A DNA stretch of 64,000 nucleotides. Source: Flavobacteriales bacterium (GTDB lineage Bacteria > Bacteroidota > Bacteroidia > Flavobacteriales_G > Salibacteraceae). The stretch covers positions 2,105 to 66,104 of the forward strand of contig JAGQYO010000006.1 of NCBI GenBank assembly GCA_020435995.1, in the 5' to 3' direction. Positions 10,261-19,146 of the stretch are shown here, one piece after another. Every line of letters starts with the position of its first letter. Position 1 is the first letter of the stretch. The notes under the pieces are model-generated. The model was not told the origin of the DNA. It saw only the letters and a list, made by a program, of their open reading frames with translations, and ran no database searches. Position numbers and translations under genes: made by a program.

Positions 10261-11913
10261 TTAAAACGCGTAACGCAAGCCCAACCCGAGTCCTAGTCCG
10301 TTTTTGTTGATTTGTTCATCTGCGAGCGGCCCTATGGCAATTTGCTGAAATTCTGGCCTCACTCGAATTGTCATTTCAGGAGTTAAAAAATACCCAAAAC
10401 CGAGTCCGACCTTATAGGACCAAATGACTTTTGATACCTCAAGGGGCGTCGTTTCAAATTCAGCTTCAATTACGTTGCGCTCTGCGAGGTAGCTCCCACT
10501 AGAATGGGTAAGTAAGGCTAGATTTGAATTGATAAATCCTTCTAACAACCATTTGTTGTTGAGTACAAATTCATATCCCAAACTCAATGGGATGTTGATG
10601 TACTTTAATTTATAGGTTAAGTTTTCTTCCTTTGAGTAGGCCTGTTCGTCTCGGTAAACGGTGCTATCTCTATGAATTCCGTAGGTAGTATCTACGTTAT
10701 AAATTGTTCTATTTAAGGTAAAACTAAAATCATTTCCTTGCTTCACTTTTTCGATGACATGTCTCTCAAAAGTGCTGTCGATACGCGTTATTACCTGCGT
10801 TTCGTTAATTTCTAGTCGCTCCGAAACTGTCGTCCCATCGAGTTTGAGCCTCACTTGTTGCGCCATTTCACGGTATCCTATTCCCGCGGAGAAATAGAAT
10901 CCTCTGTAGCTTGCGCCAGCAGTTACGCCCGCATTCCAGTCGGTAGTTTTACCCGGATTGAGTTGGAGCAAGCTGCTTCCCGATTGATATGTTTGGGTTT
11001 CATTTTTTCCGTATTGAAAAAAGGCGCCACTTCCTTCAACAAACCACTTCAATTTTGAAGCAGATTTTATTGGGTCTCCAAATTCTGTTTCGGAGGAAGG
11101 AGTGGGTTCGTCAACGGCCAAATTAGGGGCGAGTTTACCCTTTTCGTATGGAAAATCTGTTGGTGTAATCAGAACCATCGGACTTATCGTTTTTTCGCTA
11201 TTCTGGTGTGCGTAGTTATTCGCTTCTAAAATCCCGACAGGCTTATTTGGTTGAAGGGTTTCCTCATAAACGTTTCCAGCCAGAGGGTAGGACGGCTCCT
11301 TTTGCTCATTTTCGAGCAGTAACATGTTGCTGGAGACAGGGTCGGCTTTTGGTTCCAGAATTTCAGATTGGTCTTTATCTGAAGTAGCCAATGATACCAA
11401 TTGCACTGACTTGGATACTTGCGTATTATTTGATTCCGAGATTGTGTTTGTATTATTTGAAGTCAGATTGCCTGTTGCTTCTAATACATCATTTGCTACT
11501 TGAGAGCTAGTTGTGGTAATTACATCTGATGAATTTTCAATTGAAACATCTATGGCTTCTAATTCATTTTGACCTAGCAAGTTAGTATTATTCTTCATTT
11601 TGATCATTTGCTTCGAAGCGTCCAAATCAATAGTTTCACTGGTTTTAGAAGCGTTGTCAGAGTTGTTTGTCCCAACGTAGGCCAAGCCAGCTAACCCGAC
11701 TAATCCAACCAAACCAACCAAACCAACCAACCCAACCAACCCGAGGAGAGTGGATAAACTGGCAAGGCCTTTTTTCCACCATTTAAAAACAAATCCCTTT
11801 TTTGGCGAATTGTCGAGCATGGCCTCCATAGCGCTCCAATATTTGCCATCGTAAGCCAAATCTTGCTCAGGAAACGCCTTTCTAGAGATATCGTCAATGT
11901 TCTTTTCAGTCAT
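10261..11913 (-). CDS. Anti-sigma-like membrane protein fused to a C-terminal outer-membrane beta-barrel domain
   Basis: 550 aa with an ATGA overlap to the ECF sigma gene. About 50 hydrophilic N-terminal residues precede one hydrophobic helix (LSTLLGLVGLVGLVGLVGLVGLAGLAYVG). A roughly 220-aa N/S/T/E-rich low-complexity linker follows. The last roughly 250 aa show amphipathic beta-strands (WNAGVTAGASYRGFYFSAGIGY, INIPLSLGYEF, WSYKVGLGFGYFL) and end in the OMP-type signal GLGLGLGLRYAF. Confidence 0.65.
   Translation of the reverse strand: MTEKNIDDISRKAFPEQDLAYDGKYWSAMEAMLDNSPKKGFVFKWWKKGLASLSTLLGLVGLVGLVGLVGLVGLAGLAYVGTNNSDNASKTSETIDLDASKQMIKMKNNTNLLGQNELEAIDVSIENSSDVITTTSSQVANDVLEATGNLTSNNTNTISESNNTQVSKSVQLVSLATSDKDQSEILEPKADPVSSNMLLLENEQKEPSYPLAGNVYEETLQPNKPVGILEANNYAHQNSEKTISPMVLITPTDFPYEKGKLAPNLAVDEPTPSSETEFGDPIKSASKLKWFVEGSGAFFQYGKNETQTYQSGSSLLQLNPGKTTDWNAGVTAGASYRGFYFSAGIGYREMAQQVRLKLDGTTVSERLEINETQVITRIDSTFERHVIEKVKQGNDFSFTLNRTIYNVDTTYGIHRDSTVYRDEQAYSKEENLTYKLKYINIPLSLGYEFVLNNKWLLEGFINSNLALLTHSSGSYLAERNVIEAEFETTPLEVSKVIWSYKVGLGFGYFLTPEMTIRVRPEFQQIAIGPLADEQINKNGLGLGLGLRYAF
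11680..11742 (-). repeat. Seven tandem 9-nt units encoding (GLV)5(GLA)2 inside the transmembrane helix
   Basis: The plus strand reads ggccaagcc agctaaccc gactaatcc aaccaaacc aaccaaacc aaccaaccc aaccaaccc. The four units at 11707-11742 are near identical and the repeat is in frame. Confidence 0.9.
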
Positions 11914-12491
11914 AGCGCAATACTTGAAATTATTTTAATCGAACCCTTCACCATTGCCTTGAGCAAGGTTCTGGCATTGTTCACATGCCATTTAGAGGTT
12001 CCTTCCTTTATATCCATAAGCTCGGCTATTTCCTTGTGGGAGCAGCCTTCGAGCACAAATAGTTGAAACACTTCTTGGGTGGTTTTGGGCAGATGCAGAA
12101 TTTCTTCCTTCACTTTTTGGAGCAATTCTGGTGTTAGCTCATCAGCCTCATCATCGTCGCCAATACTTAGGTCGGCACTTTGTTCGAGTTTGTCGAAATC
12201 TACATTTTCAACATATTTTTTGCGGGTAGTTTCCTTTTTATATTGATCGATACAATGGTTGATTGTAATCCGTTTTGCCCAACCAAATAAGGGCACATCG
12301 GGATTCTGTTTTTCCAGATTTTTGAGAATCCTATAAAATGATTCATTCAAGAGAATAACTGCGTCATCCTTGTTGTTGGCAAAGCGAAAACAGATACTTA
12401 GTAAGGGGGCAAAGAGCTGTTTATAAAGCCGCTCTTGAGCCTTTCGGTCCCCTTTGGAACATGCCTCGATAGTGGTTCTTTCGAATTGCAT
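11910..12491 (-). CDS. ECF-type RNA polymerase sigma-70 factor
   Basis: 193 aa. The region 2 motif is WAKRITINHCIDQYKK. The region 4 HTH is EGCSHKEIAELMDIKEGTSKWHVNNARTLLK. Confidence 0.9.
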   Translation of the reverse strand: MQFERTTIEACSKGDRKAQERLYKQLFAPLLSICFRFANNKDDAVILLNESFYRILKNLEKQNPDVPLFGWAKRITINHCIDQYKKETTRKKYVENVDFDKLEQSADLSIGDDDEADELTPELLQKVKEEILHLPKTTQEVFQLFVLEGCSHKEIAELMDIKEGTSKWHVNNARTLLKAMVKGSIKIISSIAL

Positions 12492-12512
12492 GGTGTGCTT
12501 TCAGCTTCGTTT

Positions 12513-13976
12513 TTATTGTTTGATGATTTTTTGCCTGTAAATAAAACCTTCACTTTCTAACGTTAGAAAATAAAACCCCTTTTCCCAATTTTCGGTGTTC
12601 AATTCGGTTGGTTTACCCGATGTCAATTCTGTTTCTAATACCGTTCTCCATTGGAAGTCATAAATAACGATGCTACCTTTTTCTAACCCAGATAAGATCA
12701 AGTTTCCACGTGTGGGATTTGGATAGATTTTTAAGTTTTCAAAAGCCGAAGGAACTGATTTACCTAAAAATGCATCATTCGATATTCCCCTTGAACTCGC
12801 TGTGATAACCACGTTAGTTATGCTTGGCTGGCTTGGTGAAATTTCTAGTTTTTGGGCCAGGGTAGGAATGCCACATTGGTCGATCCATACTTGGTAAGTA
12901 CCTGTATTTTGAAATGAAAAATTAAACTCACCTGCGGTATCTGCATAGGTAAAATCCACCACAGTACCTGAATGGTCAATGAGTTGAATTCCTTTTGCAC
13001 CAAATCCATTTTTTTTCAAATCCATAGAAACGATCACACTGCCTTCAATTTTGAAATTTCCAGGAATTGAATTTATAGCCTGTAAATCGATATCTAAGGG
13101 GCCAGAAAGATGCGGTCCAATTGATTTAGACTGTGGATCATCCCACTTGGCTCCCTTGGGATAATAAGTTGGTGCAAAGCCCGATCTTGCGTTTGTTGGC
13201 ATGGCCTTGAGAAGGTAATCAGAGTTATCTTTTTGAAATTCATAAACGCCGTTGGGTTTTAGAAGGAGGGTATCTACAAACTCGAAATTTTGTAATGTAG
13301 AATTGTATTTATAACGCAGCAAAAAGGCGTCAGAAAGATTAACGGGACTGCCTTGAAGCAAAACTCTTCCTGTGTAAACGTTCGTTGGGTTTTTGCAATA
13401 GTCAAAATTGAGGATAATAGAATCTCTTTGTCGGTAAAATGTTGAATCAGATTCCCAGGTTGAATTACAATTTAACATCCTTACATCCAACACACCTTGA
13501 GATTGACATTGAACAATTTTGAAATAGTGACCTGTAGAGTCGACCAAAGTTGAGTCTGAAGTAGAGCTCCATTGATTGAGTGAGAAATAAACCCATATCG
13601 GCCTAGTAGCAGATTGATAGTTCGCGATTTGGCCGCCTACGTTAATTGTCCTTGGGGGGCATCCGCTTAAATTCATGTAGAGGTTTCTCGTCGCCAAATT
13701 GAAATTTTGGATATCGACTATGCTATCCGCTTGGCAATCGATAAAAAATGCTTTTACACTTCCTTGTCCTAGACTAGGGTTAATGGTGCAAGTGTAGATT
13801 CCCATGCTATCCGTTATGGTAGCTGTGTCCGAACCAGGAAATTCTATATAAACCCATTGGTTCGGCGCCGCAATGCCATTGTTGGTTACGGTACCACTAA
13901 CAACAATGGGAGCAGCTTGTAGGCCGCTCCCATTGATGAATAGTATGAAGATTAATATTAGAAGTCGAGTATTCAA
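12513..13976 (-). CDS. Secreted multi-module beta-sandwich protein with T9SS type A C-terminal sorting domain
   Basis: 487 aa with a signal peptide. Carboxypeptidase-regulatory-like modules (VSGTVTNNG...). Recurrent Cys pairs (FIDCQAD...LSGCPP, MLNCNS...FDYCKN). C-terminal IYPNPTRGNLIL...GFYFLTLESEGFIYRQKIIKQ matches the Por_Secre_tail type. Confidence 0.8.
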   Translation of the reverse strand: MNTRLLILIFILFINGSGLQAAPIVVSGTVTNNGIAAPNQWVYIEFPGSDTATITDSMGIYTCTINPSLGQGSVKAFFIDCQADSIVDIQNFNLATRNLYMNLSGCPPRTINVGGQIANYQSATRPIWVYFSLNQWSSTSDSTLVDSTGHYFKIVQCQSQGVLDVRMLNCNSTWESDSTFYRQRDSIILNFDYCKNPTNVYTGRVLLQGSPVNLSDAFLLRYKYNSTLQNFEFVDTLLLKPNGVYEFQKDNSDYLLKAMPTNARSGFAPTYYPKGAKWDDPQSKSIGPHLSGPLDIDLQAINSIPGNFKIEGSVIVSMDLKKNGFGAKGIQLIDHSGTVVDFTYADTAGEFNFSFQNTGTYQVWIDQCGIPTLAQKLEISPSQPSITNVVITASSRGISNDAFLGKSVPSAFENLKIYPNPTRGNLILSGLEKGSIVIYDFQWRTVLETELTSGKPTELNTENWEKGFYFLTLESEGFIYRQKIIKQ

Positions 13977-13978
13977 GG

Positions 13979-15496
13979 TTATTGTTTAACAACTCTAATC
14001 ACTCCAGTTTTTGCGGGAGTTTCTATTTTGATCAAATAGCTTCCGCTTTCTAAGTTTTCGAAAGAAAGGGTAGATTCAAATGAGTTTTCTACATGCTGCT
14101 CAGCGATTACCTTTCCAGTAATGTCAATAATTGAAAGGGTGGCAACATTCAATTCTTCACCGAATTGGACGGTCATCAAATCATTTACAGGATTTGGAAA
14201 CGCTTTGATTGCCGCAAACATCTCATAGGATTCAATACCTGTAGTTTCTAACCAAGTGGTAACACCTGAACTATTTACCGCAACCTTTACTGCATCCGTA
14301 TTTGGTGCTTCAACAGAAAGTGTAACGTCAACTGTGCTTGTTGCCTTTCCTAAAACTTCAGCATAGACTGTGTAAGTTCCGTAGGCCAAATTTTCAATTT
14401 TGAAATTTCCTTGAGCATCTGAATGGCTGTAAGCAACGGGTTTGTTATTCTGCAAGGCCATAACTAATATTCCCGACACTGGATCACCAACCGCAGAAGT
14501 TTTGTTAGCACCTAAGCCTACATTTCCACCAATAAATCCAGGACCACCAGGGTTCGTTCCTGCAACCATGTGAATGTCTCGTGTAAATGTGGTGTTGTTG
14601 CTTGCCGGAATAACGTAAGCATTAGACCAATTCAAAGCGCTATCGCTATAGGTAGGTAAAAATGACGCGTAGTATGGATCGCCAGATAGAAGAACGGCTT
14701 TTACCATATACGTCATACTCGAATCTGGAATGGTAACGCTATATCTGCCAGCTTGAAATTGTGCAGTGTCAACCACAGAAAGAATGTTGCTGTCGTTTTT
14801 GATAAGAAGTACAACAGCATTTGAAGCTACATTAACTCCTGTGTGCACTGTTCCGCTTACTGTTGACAAACTAGGAGGGGTATTCGAACAGTAGTTAAAA
14901 TTAACATTGGTGCGGTTAGGGCTACTTAGCGTTACGATTACTTTTTTCATGATCGTGTCATTCTTACAATCTACGATATATACCCACACATCCTGAGGGC
15001 TTGCCCAAGTACCAATGGTAAATGAATAACTGTTTGATGAAGAAGTAACGTTCTGAGACCAATTAGAAAACTGTCCGCCTAATGTATCAGCATATACGGT
15101 AACCGAACCTGACCCGATATTCGAGATTGTTCCACTTACAGTTGAATTATAAGGGAATAAGTTCGTGCAATACACAAAATCTTTCCTAGAATACGTGGAG
15201 CTGGATGGATTATAGAAGAAATCGCTATAAACACTTTTGGAATTGCAATCGATAATATAGCCGAAGGCCATTCCTTGAGTTGCACTTCCGGTATTCAATG
15301 TAATGGAATACATGCCGGAACTATTTGTCATAGCAGTATCCGAATTCATCGTGCTGCTGTCTGTCCAAATTACCTGAACTCCAGACTTAGGCGAGCCAAA
15401 ATCGGTAACCGTTCCTGTAATTGTAATGCTTGCCGCAAAGAGAGAACTCGCAAGTCCTAAAATGGGGATTAAAAAGAGAAGTTTAATTGTTTTCAT
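13979..15496 (-). CDS. Secreted multi-module beta-sandwich protein with T9SS type A C-terminal sorting domain (paralog of 12513-13976)
   Basis: 505 aa with a signal peptide. Modules begin ITGTVTD / VSGTISN / VSGTVHT, with Cys pairs IIDCNS...FVYCTN and IVDCKND...FNYCSN. C-terminal FPNPVNDLMTVQF...GSYLIKIETPAKTGVIRVVKQ. Confidence 0.8.
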   Translation of the reverse strand: MKTIKLLFLIPILGLASSLFAASITITGTVTDFGSPKSGVQVIWTDSSTMNSDTAMTNSSGMYSITLNTGSATQGMAFGYIIDCNSKSVYSDFFYNPSSSTYSRKDFVYCTNLFPYNSTVSGTISNIGSGSVTVYADTLGGQFSNWSQNVTSSSNSYSFTIGTWASPQDVWVYIVDCKNDTIMKKVIVTLSSPNRTNVNFNYCSNTPPSLSTVSGTVHTGVNVASNAVVLLIKNDSNILSVVDTAQFQAGRYSVTIPDSSMTYMVKAVLLSGDPYYASFLPTYSDSALNWSNAYVIPASNNTTFTRDIHMVAGTNPGGPGFIGGNVGLGANKTSAVGDPVSGILVMALQNNKPVAYSHSDAQGNFKIENLAYGTYTVYAEVLGKATSTVDVTLSVEAPNTDAVKVAVNSSGVTTWLETTGIESYEMFAAIKAFPNPVNDLMTVQFGEELNVATLSIIDITGKVIAEQHVENSFESTLSFENLESGSYLIKIETPAKTGVIRVVKQ

Positions 15497-15656
15497 GTTT
15501 TTAAGTTTTAAATGAATTATTCGTTTTTGAAGCCTTCGATGGAAAGACTGGATTCAACTTGCAAGGTTGGGTTTTTATCTAGATTAATTGTAATTCATTG
15601 AAAATTAATCGTTAGCAGGTTCTTTTTTTAGATTTATCGCCCAATGTTCAATTGGT

Positions 15657-15664
15657 TAATTTTG
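15657..15664 (+). promoter_or_regulatory. Candidate -7 promoter box (TAATTTTG)
   Basis: Exact TAnnTTTG match 40 nt upstream of the ATG at 15705. Confidence 0.45.
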
Positions 15665-15704
15665 ACTTTTTGGATAAGTTACATGATGGACGCAAAAATA
15701 ATTA

Positions 15705-16802
15705 ATGGATATTCTTAAAAACTGGCGTTGGTGGGTTGGCGTGGGCTTCCTCATAGCGTTTTTTGTATTCGCTTGGTTTTTAAGAGCCTTGGTTTTCTAC
15801 GTGATTATTTCAGGGGTGCTGTCCATACTTTTCGAGCCTTTGGTGAACAAGCTGAGGGGTTTGAAGTTAATCGGAAAAGGAATCCCAGCTGGTGTTGTGG
15901 CCTTCCTGGTTTTATTGCTTATTTGGGGCATTTTAGCTTTAATCATCAGCATTACCATTCCAATAGCAGCCCAAGAAATTAGGGTACTCTCCTCTTTGGA
16001 TTATGATGGGATAACTTCCAAGATTCAAGAAATGCTGTCGGTTTTTGATGGCTTTCTCCGCGATTACGGCGTTTTGTCGGGAGAGGGAAGTTCGGTGATG
16101 CTTCAGGAGCGTATTCGTTCATTTTTTGACCTTAACAACCTTACTTCCATATTTGGTGGGTTTCTAAGTGGAATTGGAAATGTATTTGTGGCCTTCTTTT
16201 CAATTTCATTTATCACCTTTTTTTTCCTAAAAGAAACGGATTTATTCAAAAGGATTTTGCTCACCTTTATTCCAGATGCCTATGAAAGCAGGGTAATGGG
16301 CGTATTCTCAAAAAGCAAAAAGGTGCTTTCGAGGTACCTTATAGGGGTGTTTATCGAGGTGTTATTGATAACCACTCTTGTTTCGCTGGGTTTATGGCTG
16401 GCGGGTGTGAATAACGCGTTTATCATTGGCGTATTTGCGGGTTTGATTAACGTAATTCCCTATGTGGGGCCGATGATCGGTGCGTCGGTCGGCTTGCTCA
16501 TTGCCTTCACTACGGGGTTGGATCCCGGTTTTACGGGAAATTTAGTCCTCATGATGAGCAAAGCCGTTGGCGTGTTTGCAGTGGTGCAACTGATGGACAA
16601 CATCATTTTCCAACCTGTAATTTTTTCCAATAGTGTGAGCGCCCATCCGCTTGAAATATTTTTGGTGATTTCGATGGCTGGCATGTTGGGTGGAATTGGT
16701 GCCATGATCATTGCCGTGCCTACTTATTCCTTTATTCGAATTATCGCCCAAGAGTTTTTATCTGAGTTTAAGGTGGTTAAACAATTAACAAAACATTTAT
16801 AA
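15705..16802 (+). CDS. AI-2E family transporter (PerM/UPF0118-type membrane protein)
   Basis: 365 aa with about 8 predicted TM helices. The conserved late motif GLINVIPYVGPMIG is typical of the AI-2E/PerM family. Confidence 0.8.
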   Translation: MDILKNWRWWVGVGFLIAFFVFAWFLRALVFYVIISGVLSILFEPLVNKLRGLKLIGKGIPAGVVAFLVLLLIWGILALIISITIPIAAQEIRVLSSLDYDGITSKIQEMLSVFDGFLRDYGVLSGEGSSVMLQERIRSFFDLNNLTSIFGGFLSGIGNVFVAFFSISFITFFFLKETDLFKRILLTFIPDAYESRVMGVFSKSKKVLSRYLIGVFIEVLLITTLVSLGLWLAGVNNAFIIGVFAGLINVIPYVGPMIGASVGLLIAFTTGLDPGFTGNLVLMMSKAVGVFAVVQLMDNIIFQPVIFSNSVSAHPLEIFLVISMAGMLGGIGAMIIAVPTYSFIRIIAQEFLSEFKVVKQLTKHL

Positions 16803-16804
16803 TT

Positions 16805-17395
16805 ATGCGTTACAATTTAAGTGAACTTACTGATATTATAGAAGATCGTAGAACCATTTACCCTGAACAGTTTTCATCGCGTAAAGTTCATAAGGAGATT
16901 ATTTCAAAGCTGCTTAATGCGGCCAAATGGGCGCCAACTCATAAGCTCACTCAACCGTGGAATTTCACCGTGTTTATGGATAAGGGAACAAGCACTTTTG
17001 GGCAATGGCATGCCGAAGCCTATAAAAACGCTGTTTCTGAAAGCGACTTCAACCAAAAGATGTATACAAAGATTCGCGATCGCGCCGAAAGATCAGCAGC
17101 CGTTATTGTAGTTGCAATGAAGCGAGATGATGCCTTGAGGGTTCCAGAAATTGAAGAAATAGCTTCGACTGCTGCCGCGATTCAAAATATGGCACTTTTG
17201 GCCACGGCCTATGGGCTTGGTTTTTATTGGGGCACTGGTGGAATGGCTTACTCTCCCGAAATGAAAACGTATTTGGGGCTTGGTGAAAATGACAAGGTAA
17301 TGGGCATGTTATTTATTGGTTATCCGGAGATTGAATGGCCTCGAAAAACACCGCGTCGCCCTATCGAATATTTTTCAAAATTTATTGAGGAGTAG
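16805..17395 (+). CDS. Nitroreductase family protein
   Basis: 196 aa. RRTIYPEQFSSRKV...LLNAAKWAPTHKLTQPWNFTVF is the canonical nitroreductase N-terminal FMN-binding pattern. Confidence 0.8.
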   Translation: MRYNLSELTDIIEDRRTIYPEQFSSRKVHKEIISKLLNAAKWAPTHKLTQPWNFTVFMDKGTSTFGQWHAEAYKNAVSESDFNQKMYTKIRDRAERSAAVIVVAMKRDDALRVPEIEEIASTAAAIQNMALLATAYGLGFYWGTGGMAYSPEMKTYLGLGENDKVMGMLFIGYPEIEWPRKTPRRPIEYFSKFIEE

Positions 17396-17939
17396 AGGCG
17401 CTATTCTCGCAATTCCTTTTTAATGTAAGCAGCCCTTTTTCTATGTTTTTGGAGAATACTTCCTTGAGCATAAGTGTAATAGGCCGCTTTAGGAATGGAT
17501 ATTCAGTACCGATGACTACCCATGTTATTTTGGTGCCAGAAGGATTGGCTTCAAATAAAAACTCCGCTTCGTTTACTTTTTTATAATCCTCGCTTTCGTA
17601 GCGGATGTTGGTTGTTATTCTTTCATTTTCCACAAGATCTTTAATGATGATTCGTCCTCCTCGGTTGCCATCGGCACTCCACGAAATTTCTGAGCCAGTA
17701 TAGCCTACTTTGGTTTTTATTTGAAAGTATTCTGAGCCTAATTGAGAAAACAACGGGTGCCACGTATTCCAGCGATTTAAATCAACTACCTCCTTAAAAA
17801 CAACTTCCACAGGTTGCCTGATGACCATAGATTTATAGGTTGCCACATTTTTGGGACTAAAAATACAAGCCGTTAAATACGCCACCGCAATCGTAATGAC
17901 ACCTATGATAAATAATTTTAAAAAGTTCATGCTTCCCAT
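17382..17939 (-). CDS. Membrane-anchored SRPBCC (START/polyketide-cyclase-like) family protein
   Basis: N-terminal TM or lipoprotein-like segment (FLKLFIIGVITIAVAYLTAC), then a roughly 150-aa alpha/beta region (W..WHPLF...) of SRPBCC type. I moved the start to ATG 17939 because the ORF-track TTG at 17948 lies inside a -7 box. Its 3' end overlaps the convergent nitroreductase gene by 14 nt. Confidence 0.55.
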   Translation of the reverse strand: MGSMNFLKLFIIGVITIAVAYLTACIFSPKNVATYKSMVIRQPVEVVFKEVVDLNRWNTWHPLFSQLGSEYFQIKTKVGYTGSEISWSADGNRGGRIIIKDLVENERITTNIRYESEDYKKVNEAEFLFEANPSGTKITWVVIGTEYPFLKRPITLMLKEVFSKNIEKGLLTLKRNCENSASTPQ

Positions 17940-17945
17940 TTGATG

Positions 17946-17953
17946 CAAATGTA
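17946..17953 (-). promoter_or_regulatory. Candidate -7 promoter box (TACATTTG), 6 nt before the ATG
   Basis: The reverse complement of caaatgta is TACATTTG. The ATG at 17939 follows after 6 nt. Confidence 0.45.
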
Positions 17954-18024
17954 GGTCACCTCTGTTTTAACTTCAATTTTAAAAATCTTGTATAATTGTA
18001 ACGTACAAAAGACAGCAAAATTCA

Positions 18025-19146
18025 TTGATAGGGCACAAATACATAATCAAAACGAGCTACATCCTACTGATAATAAGCGGATTGCTTTTGCTTGCTTCGT
18101 TTGTTGGTGAAACCGAAAGAGAAAAGAAACCAGTAAAACAGGCCGTGGTTATGTACGGCGACGAAACCTTATTTAATTCCATCGAAAACTTATCCGACGA
18201 AAGTATACAAGCATTCCACGATTCCTTAAGGGCCCTTCCAGAGCCACCAATTGGAGTGTTGGAACAGATTAAGCTTTTTCTTGAAATAAAAACCATGTCG
18301 AAGTTAGAAATGGCTTTGCTGCTGGATAGCCTTTTTGACGCCGGAGACGAACATTACGCCTTAATCAACCAGGTAAACTTATTCATTACCAGTCAAGATT
18401 TTGAAAGTGAAGAGGAGTTTGATTATTTAAATTCTTCTCATGATTTTCCAGCGCATTCGATTTATGGAAATTGGAATACCACCAAACCGCACCCTTATTC
18501 CATAGAGATTTGGGAGAGTGATTCTTCTCAGCGATTGATGCTTTCTAATAAAGACATAGGTGGTTATGTATCGCCTGTAAATAAAATTGTGGTGACCAGC
18601 ACGTTTGGATATCGGTGGGAACGATTTCATCGCGGTGTAGATTTAGATTTACAAGTATGGGACACTGTAAAATCGGTATTTAGCGGAAAAGTGAGGTTTG
18701 CCGCATATTTTGGAGGATATGGCAGAACGGTTGTGGTGCGTCATCACAATGGCCTCGAAACATTGTACGCTCATTTACATAGGTTTAAAGTGAGTGTTGG
18801 TGATGAGGTAGAGGCAGGACAACTTATTGGTTTGGGTGGAAGTTCGGGTAACTCTACGGGCAGTCACTTACATTTCGAGTGCCGCTTCAAAGGCGTGGCG
18901 ATCAATCCCACACAAATCATTGATTTTAAAGAAGAAAAGTTAGTGAACGACAAAGTGACTTTGATTAAAAACAAATGGGGTTATACGGCCATTCCCGATG
19001 GGGTAGAGTATTACACCGTAAAACGCGGGGATTATTTGATGAAAATTGCAGATATGTACGGCACCTCATGCAAACAGCTTTGTGACGATAACCAAATAAA
19101 AAGAAATACACCATTGCGAGTTGGACAAAAAATCAGGATACTTTGA
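18025..19146 (+). CDS. M23 family metallopeptidase with C-terminal LysM domain
   Basis: 373 aa. HRGVDLDL (HxxxD) and GNSTGSHLHFECR (HxH) are zinc ligands. The LysM domain is YYTVKRGDYLMKIADMYGTSCKQLCDDNQIKRNTPLRVGQKIRI. TTG start, N-terminal TM anchor. Confidence 0.88.
   Translation: MIGHKYIIKTSYILLIISGLLLLASFVGETEREKKPVKQAVVMYGDETLFNSIENLSDESIQAFHDSLRALPEPPIGVLEQIKLFLEIKTMSKLEMALLLDSLFDAGDEHYALINQVNLFITSQDFESEEEFDYLNSSHDFPAHSIYGNWNTTKPHPYSIEIWESDSSQRLMLSNKDIGGYVSPVNKIVVTSTFGYRWERFHRGVDLDLQVWDTVKSVFSGKVRFAAYFGGYGRTVVVRHHNGLETLYAHLHRFKVSVGDEVEAGQLIGLGGSSGNSTGSHLHFECRFKGVAINPTQIIDFKEEKLVNDKVTLIKNKWGYTAIPDGVEYYTVKRGDYLMKIADMYGTSCKQLCDDNQIKRNTPLRVGQKIRIL

Noticed and set aside
11700-11897. 65-aa ORF ending in GWLGWLVWLVWLD
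   Set aside because: It is the 9-nt repeat read in a second frame of the same strand. The 550-aa frame is the one coupled to the sigma gene and continues into the beta-barrel domain.
15555-15576. Hairpin caacttgcaaggttg followed by ggttttt in the divergent intergenic region
   Set aside because: It has only 6 bp including a G-U pair and a 3-nt loop, and no upstream gene on that strand for it to terminate. I cannot distinguish it from chance.
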